DNA of 64,000 nucleotides from Xanthobacteraceae bacterium (GTDB lineage: Bacteria > Pseudomonadota > Alphaproteobacteria > Rhizobiales > Xanthobacteraceae): contig JBAQJL010000069.1 of the NCBI GenBank assembly GCA_049300295.1, positions 7,175-71,174 of the forward strand, read 5' to 3'. Under the pieces are notes generated by a model. The model was not told where the DNA came from and ran no database searches. It worked only from the letters and a program-made list of their open reading frames with translations. This document shows, one piece after another, positions 36,379 through 45,193 of this stretch; the stretch's first letter is position 1; every line of letters begins with the position of its first letter. A program made the position numbers and the translations under genes.

Positions 36379-37457
36379 CCGATGACTTCCTCGGCCAAAG
36401 ACAGCGAGGAGGTCAGCCCCGGCGATTCGATGCCGAACAGATTGACGAGTCGCGGCATACCGTGCGCGGATTCCGGCGCGATCATGAAATCGGCGGCGGG
36501 CTCGCCCGGCCCCGTCAGCTTCGGCCGGATGCCGCAATAATCCGGCACCAGCGAGTCCGCGGGCAGCGTCGGCCAATAGGCGCGGATGCGGTCGTAAAAG
36601 CTGTCCGCACGTCGCGCATCGACCGTGTAGCTCTCCTGAGTGATCCACTCGACGTCGGGGCCAAAGCGCATGCGTCCGGCAAGGTCGAGCGTGACGTGAA
36701 CGCCAAGGCCGCCGTCGACCGGCGTTGGATAAATGAGCCGCGAAAATACCGGCCGGCCGCTGAACCCGAAATAGTTGCCCTTGGCCAGCACCAGCCGCGG
36801 GATCTTGTCGGCCGGATAGCCCTCGATGCGCCGCGCCAGCGGCTGCGCACCGAGGCCGGCGGCATTGACCACCGCATCGAATTCAAGCTCGCCGGCATCG
36901 CGCCCGGAGAACCGCACGTGCCAGGACGGCGCCTTGAAGCTCATGCGCTCAACAGCGGTCGCAAACGCGATCATGCCACCACGATCCTGGAGGTCGCCCC
37001 ACAGCGCCAGCATGAAGCCATGGCTGTCGATGATGCCAGTTTCCGGCGACCACAGCGCGCCGATGCAGGACAATTCGCCCTCCAGGGCGCGCGCGGCGTT
37101 GCCGCCGATCATCTGCGTATTCTCGACGCCGTTCTTCTCGGCCTGCGCCCGGATGGTCTCGACCTTGGCGAGTTCAGCCTCGTTGGTGGCGACGATGAGC
37201 TTGCCGCATTTTCTGTGCGCGACGCCGTGACCGGCACAGAATTCGTACAGCATCCGCCGGCCGCGCACGCAGTGATGCGCGCGCGAGCTGTTGGTCGGAT
37301 AATACAGGCCGCCGTGAATCACCTCGCTGTTGCGTGAGGAGACGCCGTTGGCGATGCCGCCCGTCGTTTCGGCAATGGTGACATCGTGCCCGCGCAGCGC
37401 CGCTTCACGCGCGACCGCGAGCCCGATGACGCCGGCGCCGACCACAAGGACCTGCAT
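36363..37457 (-). CDS. FAD-dependent oxidoreductase (L-2-hydroxyglutarate oxidase / DAO family)
   Basis: 364 aa. It has an N-terminal VLVVGAGVIGLAVA dinucleotide fold, SSRNSEVIHGGLYY and a C-terminal GIESPGLTSS. Its 3' end overlaps the convergent gene by 16 nt. Confidence 0.85.
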   Translation of the reverse strand: MQVLVVGAGVIGLAVAREAALRGHDVTIAETTGGIANGVSSRNSEVIHGGLYYPTNSSRAHHCVRGRRMLYEFCAGHGVAHRKCGKLIVATNEAELAKVETIRAQAEKNGVENTQMIGGNAARALEGELSCIGALWSPETGIIDSHGFMLALWGDLQDRGGMIAFATAVERMSFKAPSWHVRFSGRDAGELEFDAVVNAAGLGAQPLARRIEGYPADKIPRLVLAKGNYFGFSGRPVFSRLIYPTPVDGGLGVHVTLDLAGRMRFGPDVEWITQESYTVDARRADSFYDRIRAYWPTLPADSLVPDYCGIRPKLTGPGEPAADFMIAPESAHGMPRLVNLFGIESPGLTSSLSLAEEVIGYLST

Positions 37458-37470
37458 GAGCCTCCCCTAT

Positions 37471-37583
37471 GTCATGCTCCGCGTAGGCGGAGCATCCAGT
37501 AGTCGCCGCGCTGATCGCTGTATACAGCGAATAGTTTAGCTGCGTACGAGATTACTGGTTCATCCGCTTTCGCGGACTATGAC
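37471..37583. repeat. REP family B inverted pair (GTCAT-hairpin-CCAGTAGTC) flanking a TATA-centred palindrome
   Basis: The left arm is gtcatgctccgcgtaggcggagcatccagtagtc (37471..37504). The reverse complement of the right arm is gtcatagtccgcgaaagcggatgaaccagtaatc (37550..37583). The spacer contains tcgctgtatacagcga. Confidence 0.75.
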
Positions 37584-37685
37584 AGCGAAAGGGCTGCCCA
37601 GGGGCTCTCCGATCTCAATCATTGAAAGCAAATCCAACCTGCCGCTATAAGAGCCGTAACGAGGGCGAATAAGAGGGCATTTCCC

Positions 37686-38024
37686 ATGGCGGAATCGGTG
37701 GTCCGGGTCTGCGCGCAGTCTGAGATCGCGCCGGACAGCGTGAAGGCATACGAAGTCGGCGACCGCCGGCTCGCGGTATTTAATCTCGGCGGCCAGTACT
37801 ACGTCACCGACGACGAGTGCACGCACGCCTCCGCGAGTCTCGCCGACGGCATGCTTGAAGACGGCATCATCGAATGCAGCCTGCATTTCGGTGCGTTCGA
37901 CGTGAAGACCGGCGAGGTGAAAGCACCGCCATGCTCGTTCGCGCTGCGCACCTATAAGGTCCTGCTCCAGGGCGACGACATCTACGCCGATCTCGACAAG
38001 AACGCGGCCGGAGAGGCGGCCTGA
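37686..38024 (+). CDS. Rieske [2Fe-2S] ferredoxin component
   Basis: 112 aa with CTH ... CSLH ligand boxes (DDECTHASASL...IIECSLHFGAF). Confidence 0.85.
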   Translation: MAESVVRVCAQSEIAPDSVKAYEVGDRRLAVFNLGGQYYVTDDECTHASASLADGMLEDGIIECSLHFGAFDVKTGEVKAPPCSFALRTYKVLLQGDDIYADLDKNAAGEAA

Positions 38025-38029
38025 CCGCC

Positions 38030-39265
38030 ATGCCGCCCGCCGCCGAACCGGCGCCCATCGGCCTCGGCATCGCTGGGCTGGGGATGGCCGGCGCGGTGAT
38101 GGTGCAGGCCGCGGCGGCGCATCCCGGCTACGTCTTACGGGCGGCGGCCGATCCGCACCCCGCGCCGCGCGCGGCGTTCGCGCGCGATTTCAACGCCAAG
38201 GTCTATGAGGATATCGGCGCGCTGTGCGCCGATCCTGCGGTCGAGGTGGTCTATATCGCCACCCCGCATCAATTCCATAAGCCGCATGCCATTCTCGCGG
38301 CCGAGCACGGCAAGCACATCATTCTCGAAAAACCGATGGCGCTGACGCTCGCCGACTGCGACGCCATCATCGCCGCGGTCGAAAAGGCGAACGTCCATCT
38401 CATCGTCGGCCATACGCACGCCTTCGACCCGTCGGTTCGTTGCATGTTTGCGATGATTGCATCCGGCGTTTTCGGCCGCCTCGGCCTGATCCATTCGTTC
38501 AACTACACCAATTACCTTTACCGTCCGCGTCGGCCGGAAGAATTGGATACCGCGCAGGGTGGCGGCATCCTGTTCAATCAGGTGCCGCACCAGATCGACA
38601 TCGTGCGGCTTTTGGCCGGCGGGCTCGTGCGCAGCGTGCGGGCGCAGACGACCGTGCTCGATCCGGCGCGGCCGACCGAAGGCAGCTGCGCGGCACTCTT
38701 GCAATTCGAAAATGGTGCGGCGGCCTCCCTGGTCTATAGCGGCTACGATTATTTCGATTCCGACCAATGGCACTTCAATATCAGCGAACGCGGTGCGCCA
38801 AAGAAGATCGATAACGGTGCGGCGCGGCGCGCGCTTAAACAGACCGCCGATGAAACCCGCGCCCGCACCGAAGCTTTCGCCTACGGTTCAGGCCAACCCG
38901 CGATACCGCCTCACCAACCCCACTTCGGCGTCACCATTGCGACCTGCGAGCGGGGCGAACTGCGAGCTTCGGCCGACGGTCTGATCCTTTACGATGTGCG
39001 CGGAGCGACGGAGCGGTCCATCGAAGGTGGTAATAGTGTTTCCGGGCGGCGCGAGGTGCTTGATGATATGCGCGCTGGGTTGCGTCAGGGAGTTCCGCCC
39101 AATCACGATGGCCGTTGGGGTAAGGCGACGTTGGAAGTCGCGCTGGCAATCCAGCAATCGGCGCGAGAGGGACGCGACGTGGCCCTCAAGTATCAGGTCG
39201 GAGTGAAGCTAATCCCCGAGGACAAGCATCAGAAGTTCACTGTTACGGCGCGCATTGCCGACTAG
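38030..39265 (+). CDS. Gfo/Idh/MocA-family NAD(P)-dependent oxidoreductase (possible cis-dihydrodiol dehydrogenase)
   Basis: 411 aa. It has the N-terminal Rossmann fold GIAGLGMAG, the EKP motif (ILEKPMALT) and GHTHAF. Confidence 0.85.
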   Translation: MPPAAEPAPIGLGIAGLGMAGAVMVQAAAAHPGYVLRAAADPHPAPRAAFARDFNAKVYEDIGALCADPAVEVVYIATPHQFHKPHAILAAEHGKHIILEKPMALTLADCDAIIAAVEKANVHLIVGHTHAFDPSVRCMFAMIASGVFGRLGLIHSFNYTNYLYRPRRPEELDTAQGGGILFNQVPHQIDIVRLLAGGLVRSVRAQTTVLDPARPTEGSCAALLQFENGAAASLVYSGYDYFDSDQWHFNISERGAPKKIDNGAARRALKQTADETRARTEAFAYGSGQPAIPPHQPHFGVTIATCERGELRASADGLILYDVRGATERSIEGGNSVSGRREVLDDMRAGLRQGVPPNHDGRWGKATLEVALAIQQSAREGRDVALKYQVGVKLIPEDKHQKFTVTARIAD

Positions 39266-39314
39266 CCGTCTCGCGGCATATATGTGCGACGGACTGACGA
39301 ATCCGGAGCCGCTC

Positions 39315-40604
39315 ATGAATTACCAGCCGTTCAGCCACGATTTCGTGGTCGAAAATCCCGACCAGCAGACCTTCTTCGTCAATCGCGAGGTGTTCGTCTC
39401 CGAGGATGTGCTGGAGCGGGAGAAGCGCCGCATCTTGGACCGCTGCTGGGTTTATGTCGGGCACGGCTCGGAGCTCAAGAATCCCGGCGACTTCAAGACG
39501 CGCCCGGTGGCCGGGCGGCCGATCATCTTCTGCCGCGACCGCGAGGGCGAGGTCCATGCGCTCATCAATTGCTGCCGGCATCGCGGCGCGTTGGTGTGCC
39601 GCGAGCGCGAAGGCAACGCCCGGCAGTTTTACTGCATGTATCACGGCTGGACCTATCATCCGGACGGCCGGCTGAAATCGGTGCCTGGCGCCGATGCCTA
39701 TGGCGCCGCGTTCGATCAGAAGGAAATGGGCCTGGTCGCCGTGCCGCGGCTCGAACAGTACCGCGACTTCTATTTTGCCAATTTCGACGCCGACGCGGTC
39801 GATCTCGACAGCTATCTGGGCAACGCCAAGGACTACATCGACCTCGTCGTCGACCAGTCGCCGTCCGGCAAGATGCAGATCATCTCCGGCACGCAGGAAT
39901 ACGATATCCGGGCGAACTGGAAATTGTTGGTCGAGAATAGCGTCGACGATTATCACCTGATCTCGACGCACTCGACCTGGCTGAACTACATGCGCAACTC
40001 CGGCGTCAACGTCACGCCGCCGAAGGGCGAACTCTTACCGACCCGCGGCTACGGGCGCGATCTCGGCAACGGCCATCTCACCACCGACAATCCCAATTAT
40101 CGCGGCCGGCCGGTGGCGAAGTGGATCTCCGTCTATGGCGAGGACGCCAAGGCCGACATCGACGCCATGCGCAACGAACTGGTCCAGCGGCTCGGCTCGG
40201 CGCGCGCCGCCCGCGTCGCCGATACCAACCGCAATCTGTGCATCTTTCCCAATCTCGTCATTAACGATGGCTCGTCCGTCACCGTGCGCCACTTCTATCC
40301 GATCGCGCCGGACCGCATGCATGTCACCGCGTGGGCGCTCGGGCCCGTGGAGGAGACCGAGGCGCAGCGCGCCCGCCGCCTGCACGCGTTCCTGACGTTC
40401 TATGGCCCGGGCGGTTTCGCCACGCCGGACGATGTGGCGGCGCTGGAGGCCGCGCAGCTCGGCTTCGCGGCGTGGCGCGAAGTGCCGTGGTCCGATCTGT
40501 CGCGCGGCATGGCCAAGGCGTCCGACGCGCAGCTCGCGACCGATGAAGGGCATCTGCGCGTGTTCTGGCGCAAATGGCGCGAGCTGATGGAGGCGCGGCC
40601 ATGA
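39315..40604 (+). CDS. Rieske aromatic ring-hydroxylating oxygenase, alpha (large) subunit
   Basis: ORF 39255..40604 trimmed to ATG 39315 (GGAG upstream). It has the Rieske box CCRHRG...CMYHGW and the mononuclear iron motif ENSVDDYHLISTH. Confidence 0.9.
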   Translation: MNYQPFSHDFVVENPDQQTFFVNREVFVSEDVLEREKRRILDRCWVYVGHGSELKNPGDFKTRPVAGRPIIFCRDREGEVHALINCCRHRGALVCREREGNARQFYCMYHGWTYHPDGRLKSVPGADAYGAAFDQKEMGLVAVPRLEQYRDFYFANFDADAVDLDSYLGNAKDYIDLVVDQSPSGKMQIISGTQEYDIRANWKLLVENSVDDYHLISTHSTWLNYMRNSGVNVTPPKGELLPTRGYGRDLGNGHLTTDNPNYRGRPVAKWISVYGEDAKADIDAMRNELVQRLGSARAARVADTNRNLCIFPNLVINDGSSVTVRHFYPIAPDRMHVTAWALGPVEETEAQRARRLHAFLTFYGPGGFATPDDVAALEAAQLGFAAWREVPWSDLSRGMAKASDAQLATDEGHLRVFWRKWRELMEARP

Positions 40605-41101
40605 ATGAGGTCGTGACCGCGACGGTCTCGCGCGCCGAAGTCGAGGATCTGTTCTTTCACGAGGCCGATCTGCTCGACAATTGGCGGCTCGACGAATGGC
40701 TGACGCTATTGACCGACGACGCGACCTATTACGTGCCGCCGAACGACAAGCCGGATGCCGACGCGCGCTTCACACTGTTCACCATCGCGGACGACATGGT
40801 GCGGCTGCGCGAGCGCGTCATCCGGCTCAAGGATCCGAACTGTCACGCCGAATTTCCGCTGTCGCGCACCCGCCGGCTCATTGGCAATGTACGCATCACC
40901 GGCGTCGACGGCGATGAGATTTCGGCCGCGGCCAATTTCATCATCCACCGCTATCGCCACAACGACCTGCTCCGCGTATTCGTCGGCCATTACCGCCACA
41001 AGCTCCGGCGCGTCGGCGGTCGGCTGAAAATCGCCGAACGCCGCGCTATTCTCGACGCCGAGGAGCTGGGTCTGTTGGGTTCGGTGAGTTTTATTTTGTG
41101 A
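40601..41101 (+). CDS. Ring-hydroxylating oxygenase beta (small) subunit, NTF2/SnoaL fold
   Basis: ORF 40574..41101 trimmed to ATG 40601, which overlaps the alpha subunit stop (ATGA). It has FFHEADLLDNWRLDEWL...YYVP and is 166 aa long. Confidence 0.85.
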   Translation: MNEVVTATVSRAEVEDLFFHEADLLDNWRLDEWLTLLTDDATYYVPPNDKPDADARFTLFTIADDMVRLRERVIRLKDPNCHAEFPLSRTRRLIGNVRITGVDGDEISAAANFIIHRYRHNDLLRVFVGHYRHKLRRVGGRLKIAERRAILDAEELGLLGSVSFIL

Positions 41102-41108
41102 CGGTACC

Positions 41109-41154
41109 CGTCATTCCGGATTGCCGCGCAGCGGCAAGTCCGGAATCCATAACC
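41109..41154 (+). repeat. REP family A copy
   Basis: The sequence is cgtcattccggattgccgcgcagcggcaagtccggaatccataacc. Confidence 0.8.
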
Positions 41155-41164
41155 CCAGCGCTGG

Positions 41165-41210
41165 GAGTATGGTTTCCGGGCTCCTCGCTTCGCTCGGCCC
41201 CGGAATGACG
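41165..41210 (-). repeat. REP family A copy, inverted partner of 41109..41154
   Basis: The reverse complement reads cgtcattccggggccgagcgaagcgaggagcccggaaaccatactc. It is nearly identical to the 25002..25047 copy. Confidence 0.8.
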
Positions 41211-41221
41211 GGTGAAACATC

Positions 41222-41575
41222 ATGTCCGAACTCGATAAGGTCTTCAGCGAACTCTCGCAAAAGCGCGCCCATCAAGACGATGAGCGGCGCGAGCGGCAAA
41301 AGCTCGGCACAGCGTTTTTGACCGAGTTCTATGAGCAGGACATCAAGCCGTCGCAGACTTTGAAGAGCCGCGGCATTGAAGCGCATTTCGCCGACAACAA
41401 GCTCGTCCTGCACCGGCCGCAATCCGGCCACTACGAAGAGCCGCTCTACATCGTCGTCGGCGAACAGGGCGAGATCGACATCGCCGGACGCTCGCTCGGC
41501 CGCTACCAGCCGGCGGAAAAACTCGCCAAAAAACGAGAGTTGATCGGAGAGATCATCGCGTTCTTCGATTTGTGA
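41222..41575 (+). CDS. Hypothetical protein (117 aa)
   Basis: High GC3, balanced charged composition, ATG start just after a REP pair. I recognise no family. The antisense ORF 41111..41659 looks like a shadow ORF. Confidence 0.5.
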   Translation: MSELDKVFSELSQKRAHQDDERRERQKLGTAFLTEFYEQDIKPSQTLKSRGIEAHFADNKLVLHRPQSGHYEEPLYIVVGEQGEIDIAGRSLGRYQPAEKLAKKRELIGEIIAFFDL

Positions 41576-41628
41576 AGCGACCCTGCCATTTCGGGGGGGG
41601 TCTTTCGAGCCATGCAAGCGCGATATCG

Positions 41629-43236
41629 ATGACGCATGAGACTGAGCGACGGGCGACAAAGAGTCGAGGGGCCGGCGCTTGGCTCGCCTCGGCGCCCACC
41701 GCTGTCCTGCAGCATTACGCCGTCATCCTGTGGACGGTTGCCGCATTGACGATCGTTTATCTGATCTTGCTGCCGCCGTGCGCGGATGTGATCACGGGCC
41801 TCGCCTGGGCCGATCTCGATGCGCAGCAGGGCCATTTTCCAACGAACCTGTCGGACCTGTGGCTGTCGCGCGGCATAGGCTATAGGACGTTTCTGTATTT
41901 CGCCGAAGGCCTGTCGCGGCTCATTGCCGGCGACGCGCTGCGCATTCGCATTTACATCTTCAACGCGGTGTTCGTTGCGCTGGCGCTTGGTGTTCTGATC
42001 GGCGCCTATCACGCAGTTCTGTTGCGCAGCGATCTGGGCGGGATTAAGCGCATTTCGCTGCGCGACCGCGCTGAAACCCTGGCGCTCGCCGCGCTGTGCT
42101 TCGTTCCGGCGGTCATCTGGTCTTGGGCACAAGACACGCATGTCTCGGTTTTGCTCTGCGTTCTCGGCATCGGCCTGGCGCTGTCGTCATCCGCGCGCGC
42201 CCAATGGTGCAGCGGACTGGTGCTGATCTTTCTGTTTTCCATAAAGGGCGTAACCGCGCTCGATTTTCTTTTTGTGTTGGTGGCGGTTTTCGCCGCGGGC
42301 GACGCAGCACGGATCCGCCGCGTCATCGTCAGCGCGGGCATCGCGGCCGCCGCGACCGGGCTGGCCTACGCCACGATTTTGCGTGGAGAATTCGACAATA
42401 TTCTGCTCGCCGCCCAGTTTCAGGAGAATAACCTGACGGTTCGTTTCGGCGCATTTCTCTACAATGGCCGCCAGTTTGCGATCTACAATCCCGCGATACC
42501 GATTGCGCTGTTGGCTCTTGTTGCAGCCGTTTGCGCCGGATTGACAAGAAAAAATCCCAGGCTCGTCGGCTTCGCAATTTTAGTCTGGTTTTCGCCGTTC
42601 GCCAGCCTCATCGCGCAACATGAGTTCTTCGGCTACCATTACCAGGGCTTCGTGCTGTCATCGTGGCTGTGTCTGGCGGCGCTTTATCTGGCTCAGGGCG
42701 GGCATTGGCCCGATTTCATCAAAATTCGCTCGGCGCCGCCTCTGGCAAAGGGTTTTGTTATGCTGGTGTGCTGCGTCGATATTGCCACGATAGGCGCGTC
42801 GCTGCTGACGACCGGGAAATCGATATATTCAAGACCAGCCGTCGAACGCCGGCTCGACTGCTGGATTCAAACTGCAAGACAAGCACGGTCGCTGATCCTG
42901 ACGGCCGATCCGGGCCTTGTGGAGAACGGCGCCATCGTGAACTTGACGCCGGTCGTCTACGGTCTCGGGCTGCGCAGCTTTTCGCGCTTTTTCTTTCCGT
43001 TGCCCCTTCAAAGGCAGAACCTGGGCACCCCGGCCAGCAAGGATTACGTTCGCTCGATTGCGGAATATGACGGCCCCGTCATCATTGCGTATGACGCAAT
43101 GATGAAACTGGGCGGAGACTATGCGCCGATCGTTGCGCATCTGCGCGCCGAATACCGGCCGGTTCTCGCTTCGCCGCCGGTCTGCGCAAGCGTGCTGAGT
43201 TCAAATGTCTTGGTCTGGATGAGGGCGAACAAATAG
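41629..43236 (+). CDS. Polytopic membrane protein, unknown function (possibly glycosyltransferase-C-like)
   Basis: ORF 41572..43236 trimmed to ATG 41629. It has more than 10 hydrophobic segments followed by a roughly 150-aa soluble tail. I recognise no catalytic motif with confidence. Confidence 0.6.
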   Translation: MTHETERRATKSRGAGAWLASAPTAVLQHYAVILWTVAALTIVYLILLPPCADVITGLAWADLDAQQGHFPTNLSDLWLSRGIGYRTFLYFAEGLSRLIAGDALRIRIYIFNAVFVALALGVLIGAYHAVLLRSDLGGIKRISLRDRAETLALAALCFVPAVIWSWAQDTHVSVLLCVLGIGLALSSSARAQWCSGLVLIFLFSIKGVTALDFLFVLVAVFAAGDAARIRRVIVSAGIAAAATGLAYATILRGEFDNILLAAQFQENNLTVRFGAFLYNGRQFAIYNPAIPIALLALVAAVCAGLTRKNPRLVGFAILVWFSPFASLIAQHEFFGYHYQGFVLSSWLCLAALYLAQGGHWPDFIKIRSAPPLAKGFVMLVCCVDIATIGASLLTTGKSIYSRPAVERRLDCWIQTARQARSLILTADPGLVENGAIVNLTPVVYGLGLRSFSRFFFPLPLQRQNLGTPASKDYVRSIAEYDGPVIIAYDAMMKLGGDYAPIVAHLRAEYRPVLASPPVCASVLSSNVLVWMRANK

Positions 43237-43327
43237 GCGCAAACCTCGCGCGTGCTTGACCTCGCGCCGCATAACGTCGAGAGCCCGCGCAGGCGAATTC
43301 GAGCCGCGGCGTCGATTTGAAGGGCAG

Positions 43328-44548
43328 TCAATGATGTGCGTCGGGCGTAAGCGGAACCAGCAATGTAAAATTCGTGCCCTTGGCGGCAGCGGGCCATGTC
43401 AACTCAGCACCCAACTGCTTGGCCAGCGCGGTGACCAGACGTGAACCGAGCCGCCGGCTCGTCGCCGGATCAAATTGGGCCGGCAACCCGACACCTTCGT
43501 CTCGCACCGAAACCGACACGGCATTCTGCCCCGCTTGCGCGACCCGTACCCAGATCGATCCGGCCGGACCGTCGCGATAAGCATGTCTGCCGGCATTCAA
43601 CACCAATTCATTGATGACGAGCGCCACCAGAATGGCGCGATCGGCGGCGAACTGGATTTCTCCGGTTGCATCGAGTTCGACCTTGCACGGAGTAACCGCG
43701 ACCTCCAGGTCCGCGATGACTTCACGAAGATAGGCGACGAGATCGATATTCTCGTAGTCCGCATTGTAAGCCAAACGCTCATAAGCGCGTCCGACGGTCG
43801 TGATGCGGGCTGATGCTTCGATCAGCCGTTCACCGAGCTCCGGGTCGCTGACCGCCTTCGCCTGCAGTTGCAGCATGCTCGATATTACTTGCAGACTGTT
43901 TTTGACGCGATGGTTGACCTCGTTGAGAAGGACCTGGTGCCGGTCGAGCGCCGCTTGCAAGTTTCGCTGGGAACGTTGTTGCTCAATCGCCATGCCGAGA
44001 AGGTTTGCGGCGCCCTGTAGAAACGCAATGTCGTGCTCGCCGAATTCGCCTTCGGATCGGCTGTCAACCTCCAGCACTCCGTAGGGCGAGCCGTCGCCCT
44101 GCAGAATGACATTCATCGCGCGCCGGATGCCGTATTCGACGAGCAACTCAGGTGTTCTAAACCGCTGCTCGTTTTCGAGGTGGTTCGAGATCACGGGCTT
44201 GCCGGTGCGCAAGGCGAAGCCGGCCGGGGAGGCCAGATCCGCGCCGACAGTTGCAGTGCCGATTACGCCCTCGTCCCAGCCCACTCCTGCGCGAACCAAA
44301 AACCGCTTCTCGGCGGGGATATATTCCAAAACCTTGCAGTATTCGGCGCCGAGCCCCTCGGCGGTCATGCGCGCGGTGTGATTGAGCATGTCCATGAAAC
44401 TTGCGCCCTGCAGAGCCAGGACGCCAAGTTCCGCCAGCAGCTCTTGCTGCCGAATGCGCTGACGCAAAGCGCGGCTGATGGGATCGTCGGGCTGATCGTC
44501 CGGCTTCGGCTCAACGATCGGTGTTCCATCGTCTGACGGCGGGGTCAT
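43328..44548 (-). CDS. GAF-domain sensor histidine kinase, HisKA_2/HWE type, orphan
   Basis: 406 aa with an N-terminal GAF-like region. It has the H-box HRVKNSLQVISSMLQLQA and an ATPase region (NELVLNAGRHAY, DEGVGLP, GSRLV). No response regulator lies adjacent. Confidence 0.85.
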   Translation of the reverse strand: MTPPSDDGTPIVEPKPDDQPDDPISRALRQRIRQQELLAELGVLALQGASFMDMLNHTARMTAEGLGAEYCKVLEYIPAEKRFLVRAGVGWDEGVIGTATVGADLASPAGFALRTGKPVISNHLENEQRFRTPELLVEYGIRRAMNVILQGDGSPYGVLEVDSRSEGEFGEHDIAFLQGAANLLGMAIEQQRSQRNLQAALDRHQVLLNEVNHRVKNSLQVISSMLQLQAKAVSDPELGERLIEASARITTVGRAYERLAYNADYENIDLVAYLREVIADLEVAVTPCKVELDATGEIQFAADRAILVALVINELVLNAGRHAYRDGPAGSIWVRVAQAGQNAVSVSVRDEGVGLPAQFDPATSRRLGSRLVTALAKQLGAELTWPAAAKGTNFTLLVPLTPDAHH

Positions 44549-44683
44549 AGGCCAGCCGATAGCATATTCCGGGCGTCCAGGCCGTCTTATCTTGTTCCGT
44601 GGGTGGCGCCTGGATAACCTTCGTTCTTTCGGAATCGAGAAGTGATGGGGATATGCCCCTGCGACACCGAGGGAGAAATCCGA

Positions 44684-45193
44684 ATGACGGACGATCTCAA
44701 GATCAAAGTGAACGGCAAAGACTGGACGGTCGCCGCCAGCCCGGACACGCCGCTTTTATATGTCATGACGAATGAGATGGAGCTGCGCGGGCCGCGTTTT
44801 GGCTGCGGACTTGCCCAATGCGGCTCTTGCTCTGTGCTGGTCGACGGCGTCGAAACTCGCTCTTGCATAACGCCGGTGGCGAGTGTCGTCGGTAAAGCAA
44901 TAACAACGCTCGAAGGCCTGCCTTCGCTGTATGCCGAGCAGAATAAGCTGCCGCAGGTCCCCGCGCTCCACCCGCTCCAGCACGCCTTTATCGAGGAGCA
45001 GGCCGCGCATTGCGGCTACTGCTACAACGGTATGACCATCAAGGCCTCCGAATTGCTGGCGCAGAATCCGCGCCCCAGCGAGGCCGAGATTCGCACCCAC
45101 ATGAATGGCCACTTGTGCCGCTGCGGCACCTATGGGCGCGTGATGAAGGCGATCCAGCTTGCGTCCACCAGGATGACGGAGAATCCGCGATGA
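44684..45193 (+). CDS. [2Fe-2S]-binding small subunit of a molybdenum hydroxylase (IorA / aldehyde oxidoreductase type)
   Basis: ORF 44642..45193 trimmed to ATG 44684 (GGGAG upstream). It has the motifs GCGLAQCGSCSV, HCGYC and LCRCGTY. Confidence 0.9.
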   Translation: MTDDLKIKVNGKDWTVAASPDTPLLYVMTNEMELRGPRFGCGLAQCGSCSVLVDGVETRSCITPVASVVGKAITTLEGLPSLYAEQNKLPQVPALHPLQHAFIEEQAAHCGYCYNGMTIKASELLAQNPRPSEAEIRTHMNGHLCRCGTYGRVMKAIQLASTRMTENPR

